From Terriglobia bacterium (GTDB taxonomy: Bacteria > Acidobacteriota > Terriglobia > 20CM-2-55-15): 64,000 nt of DNA. Shown here piece by piece: positions 63,033 through 64,000 of the stretch (its first letter is position 1; each line of letters begins with the position of its first letter). A program made the translations under genes and the position numbers. The DNA is taken from NCBI GenBank assembly GCA_965216035.1, contig CBDCFM010000015.1:117786-181785 (forward strand), in the 5' to 3' direction. The notes beneath the pieces were generated by a model. The model searched no databases and had not been told where the DNA came from. It saw only the letters and a program-made list of their open reading frames with translations.

Positions 63033-64000
63033 TCATGGTTGTGGGCTCAGAACCAGCGGTTGTCCGGACGCGTCGATGAAACTCAGGGTTCCGGACGAGG
63101 CTTGCCCGGCTGTTCCGCTGAACAGGATGAACTGTGTGGACCAACCCCCTGAGTCCACGATGTGGGGGAAAAACGTCTCCGCCGTGGTTGAAGGTCCCGT
63201 TTCGTTCGATGGTGGGGTTGTCGTCATCTTGATTTCCCCCTTTTCGTTGACCCGTAATCTCAGCCCAACAATGGCGACTTCGGCCGTGGAGGTGACCCGG
63301 ACCACCCCGGAAAAGTTGCCCCGCAGTGAAAATATCTCGTCGAGGAAACGGGCAATCTGACCCGAGGGTGGAAGCGCCAGGGTCTCTGGTCGAAGCGCCA
63401 GCGTTCCATTTGGACTGGTCACCTCCAGGGTCACCGTATTCGCTGTGTCTCCCGTGTTGGCGATGGCCAGTCCGCTCCGGATCGAGCCGGTTTGGCCTGC
63501 CATCCCGGACGCTTCGACATAGACACGGAATGCCGACCCTTTGGGCAAGGCAGGCACTCCGGCTTCTGAAACGGTCTTTCCACCGGAGGCAAAAGAAAAG
63601 ACGACCAGACCCGAGGGGGCATCGTTTCTGCTGCTGGGAATAGCTCTCACCGAACCGGTGGCTACTCCGCCGGGAGGGTTTGCGGTGGTGAATCTCTTGA
63701 CGCTACGGGGAGGAATCGAATAAGCGAAGTTCGACCCTGTCCGACCATCATCCAGCGTCAGGATCACGGGCGCGGCCGCCGCCGTGTCGCTCCCCTTTCC
63801 CAGGAACGCAACCGCTCCCGTAATCGTCCGATCCGTTGGATTCACAAGAACGACCTGCGTCGCCCACCCGCTACCATCGGCAAAATGTGGAAAGTAGACC
63901 GCATCCGAAGCGGCCACCGACAGGGGCGCGACCGGGAGAGTCGTCATCAGGAACTCGCCGGCCTCGTTGGTGAATCCCCGAAGTGCGACGACAGCAATAG
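63033..64000 (-). CDS. secreted beta-rich repeat protein, paralogous to the adhesin tail; 5' partial (continues past window end)
   Basis: The frame is open to position 64000 (..IAVVALRGFTNEAGEFLMTTLPV..). It has the same module order and motifs as 52629-53900 (YFPHFADGSGWATQVVLVNPT..., VSEAGVPA, FFPHIVDSGGWSTQFILFSG). Confidence 0.7.
   Translation of the reverse strand, partial: IAVVALRGFTNEAGEFLMTTLPVAPLSVAASDAVYFPHFADGSGWATQVVLVNPTDRTITGAVAFLGKGSDTAAAAPVILTLDDGRTGSNFAYSIPPRSVKRFTTANPPGGVATGSVRAIPSSRNDAPSGLVVFSFASGGKTVSEAGVPALPKGSAFRVYVEASGMAGQTGSIRSGLAIANTGDTANTVTLEVTSPNGTLALRPETLALPPSGQIARFLDEIFSLRGNFSGVVRVTSTAEVAIVGLRLRVNEKGEIKMTTTPPSNETGPSTTAETFFPHIVDSGGWSTQFILFSGTAGQASSGTLSFIDASGQPLVLSPQP

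Overview
High-GC bacterial chromosomal window with four blocks. All homology calls were made by eye from motifs and synteny; no searches were run. (1) 1-11528 is a flagellar cluster: fliF'(partial)-fliG-fliH-fliI, then fliJ-fliK-flgD-flgE-(small HisKA-like ORF)-fliL-fliN-fliO-fliP'. An IS481-family element and a 275-bp MITE-like element sit between fliI and fliJ. fliJ looks frameshifted, and fliP is cut after about 80 codons by an IS5-family element. (2) 11529-29249 has two near-identical, directly oriented IS5-family copies bracketing a 15.5-kb accessory island. The island holds the 3' remnant of an OAS/CD-NTase-fold nucleotidyltransferase with an E2(UBC)-like/SEC-C protein (CBASS-like remnant), a RepA fragment and an orphan 414-aa gene. 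It also holds a tightly packed five-gene cluster: SNF2-DUF3883 helicase, DUF1016/YhcG nuclease, DUF1156 methyltransferase, PD-(D/E)xK HSDR_N-like protein and DUF499 ATPase. This expanded helicase-methylase-ATPase (Hma-type) module is my best candidate for a poorly described system. (3) 29250-52393 (minus strand) is a decaying conjugative element. Gene order is repA split by a group II intron (itself cut by the IS), virB11 (frameshift), coupling protein, virB8, virB6, three tandem TrbJ/VirB5-like paralogues, virB10, virB9, virB4 (frameshift), virB3 and virB2. Further along are an ankyrin-ArdC fusion (in-frame TAG) and a MobA/MobL relaxase. (4) 52629-64000 holds a giant Calx-beta/cadherin/FN3 surface protein (frameshift plus in-frame TAA), a TonB-dependent receptor with a receptor fragment, a Sel1 protein and a partial paralogue of the adhesin tail. 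The unusually many frame disruptions could be real decay or assembly indels. None of the four IS5 junctions pair up, so misassembly at the IS5 copies must also be excluded.
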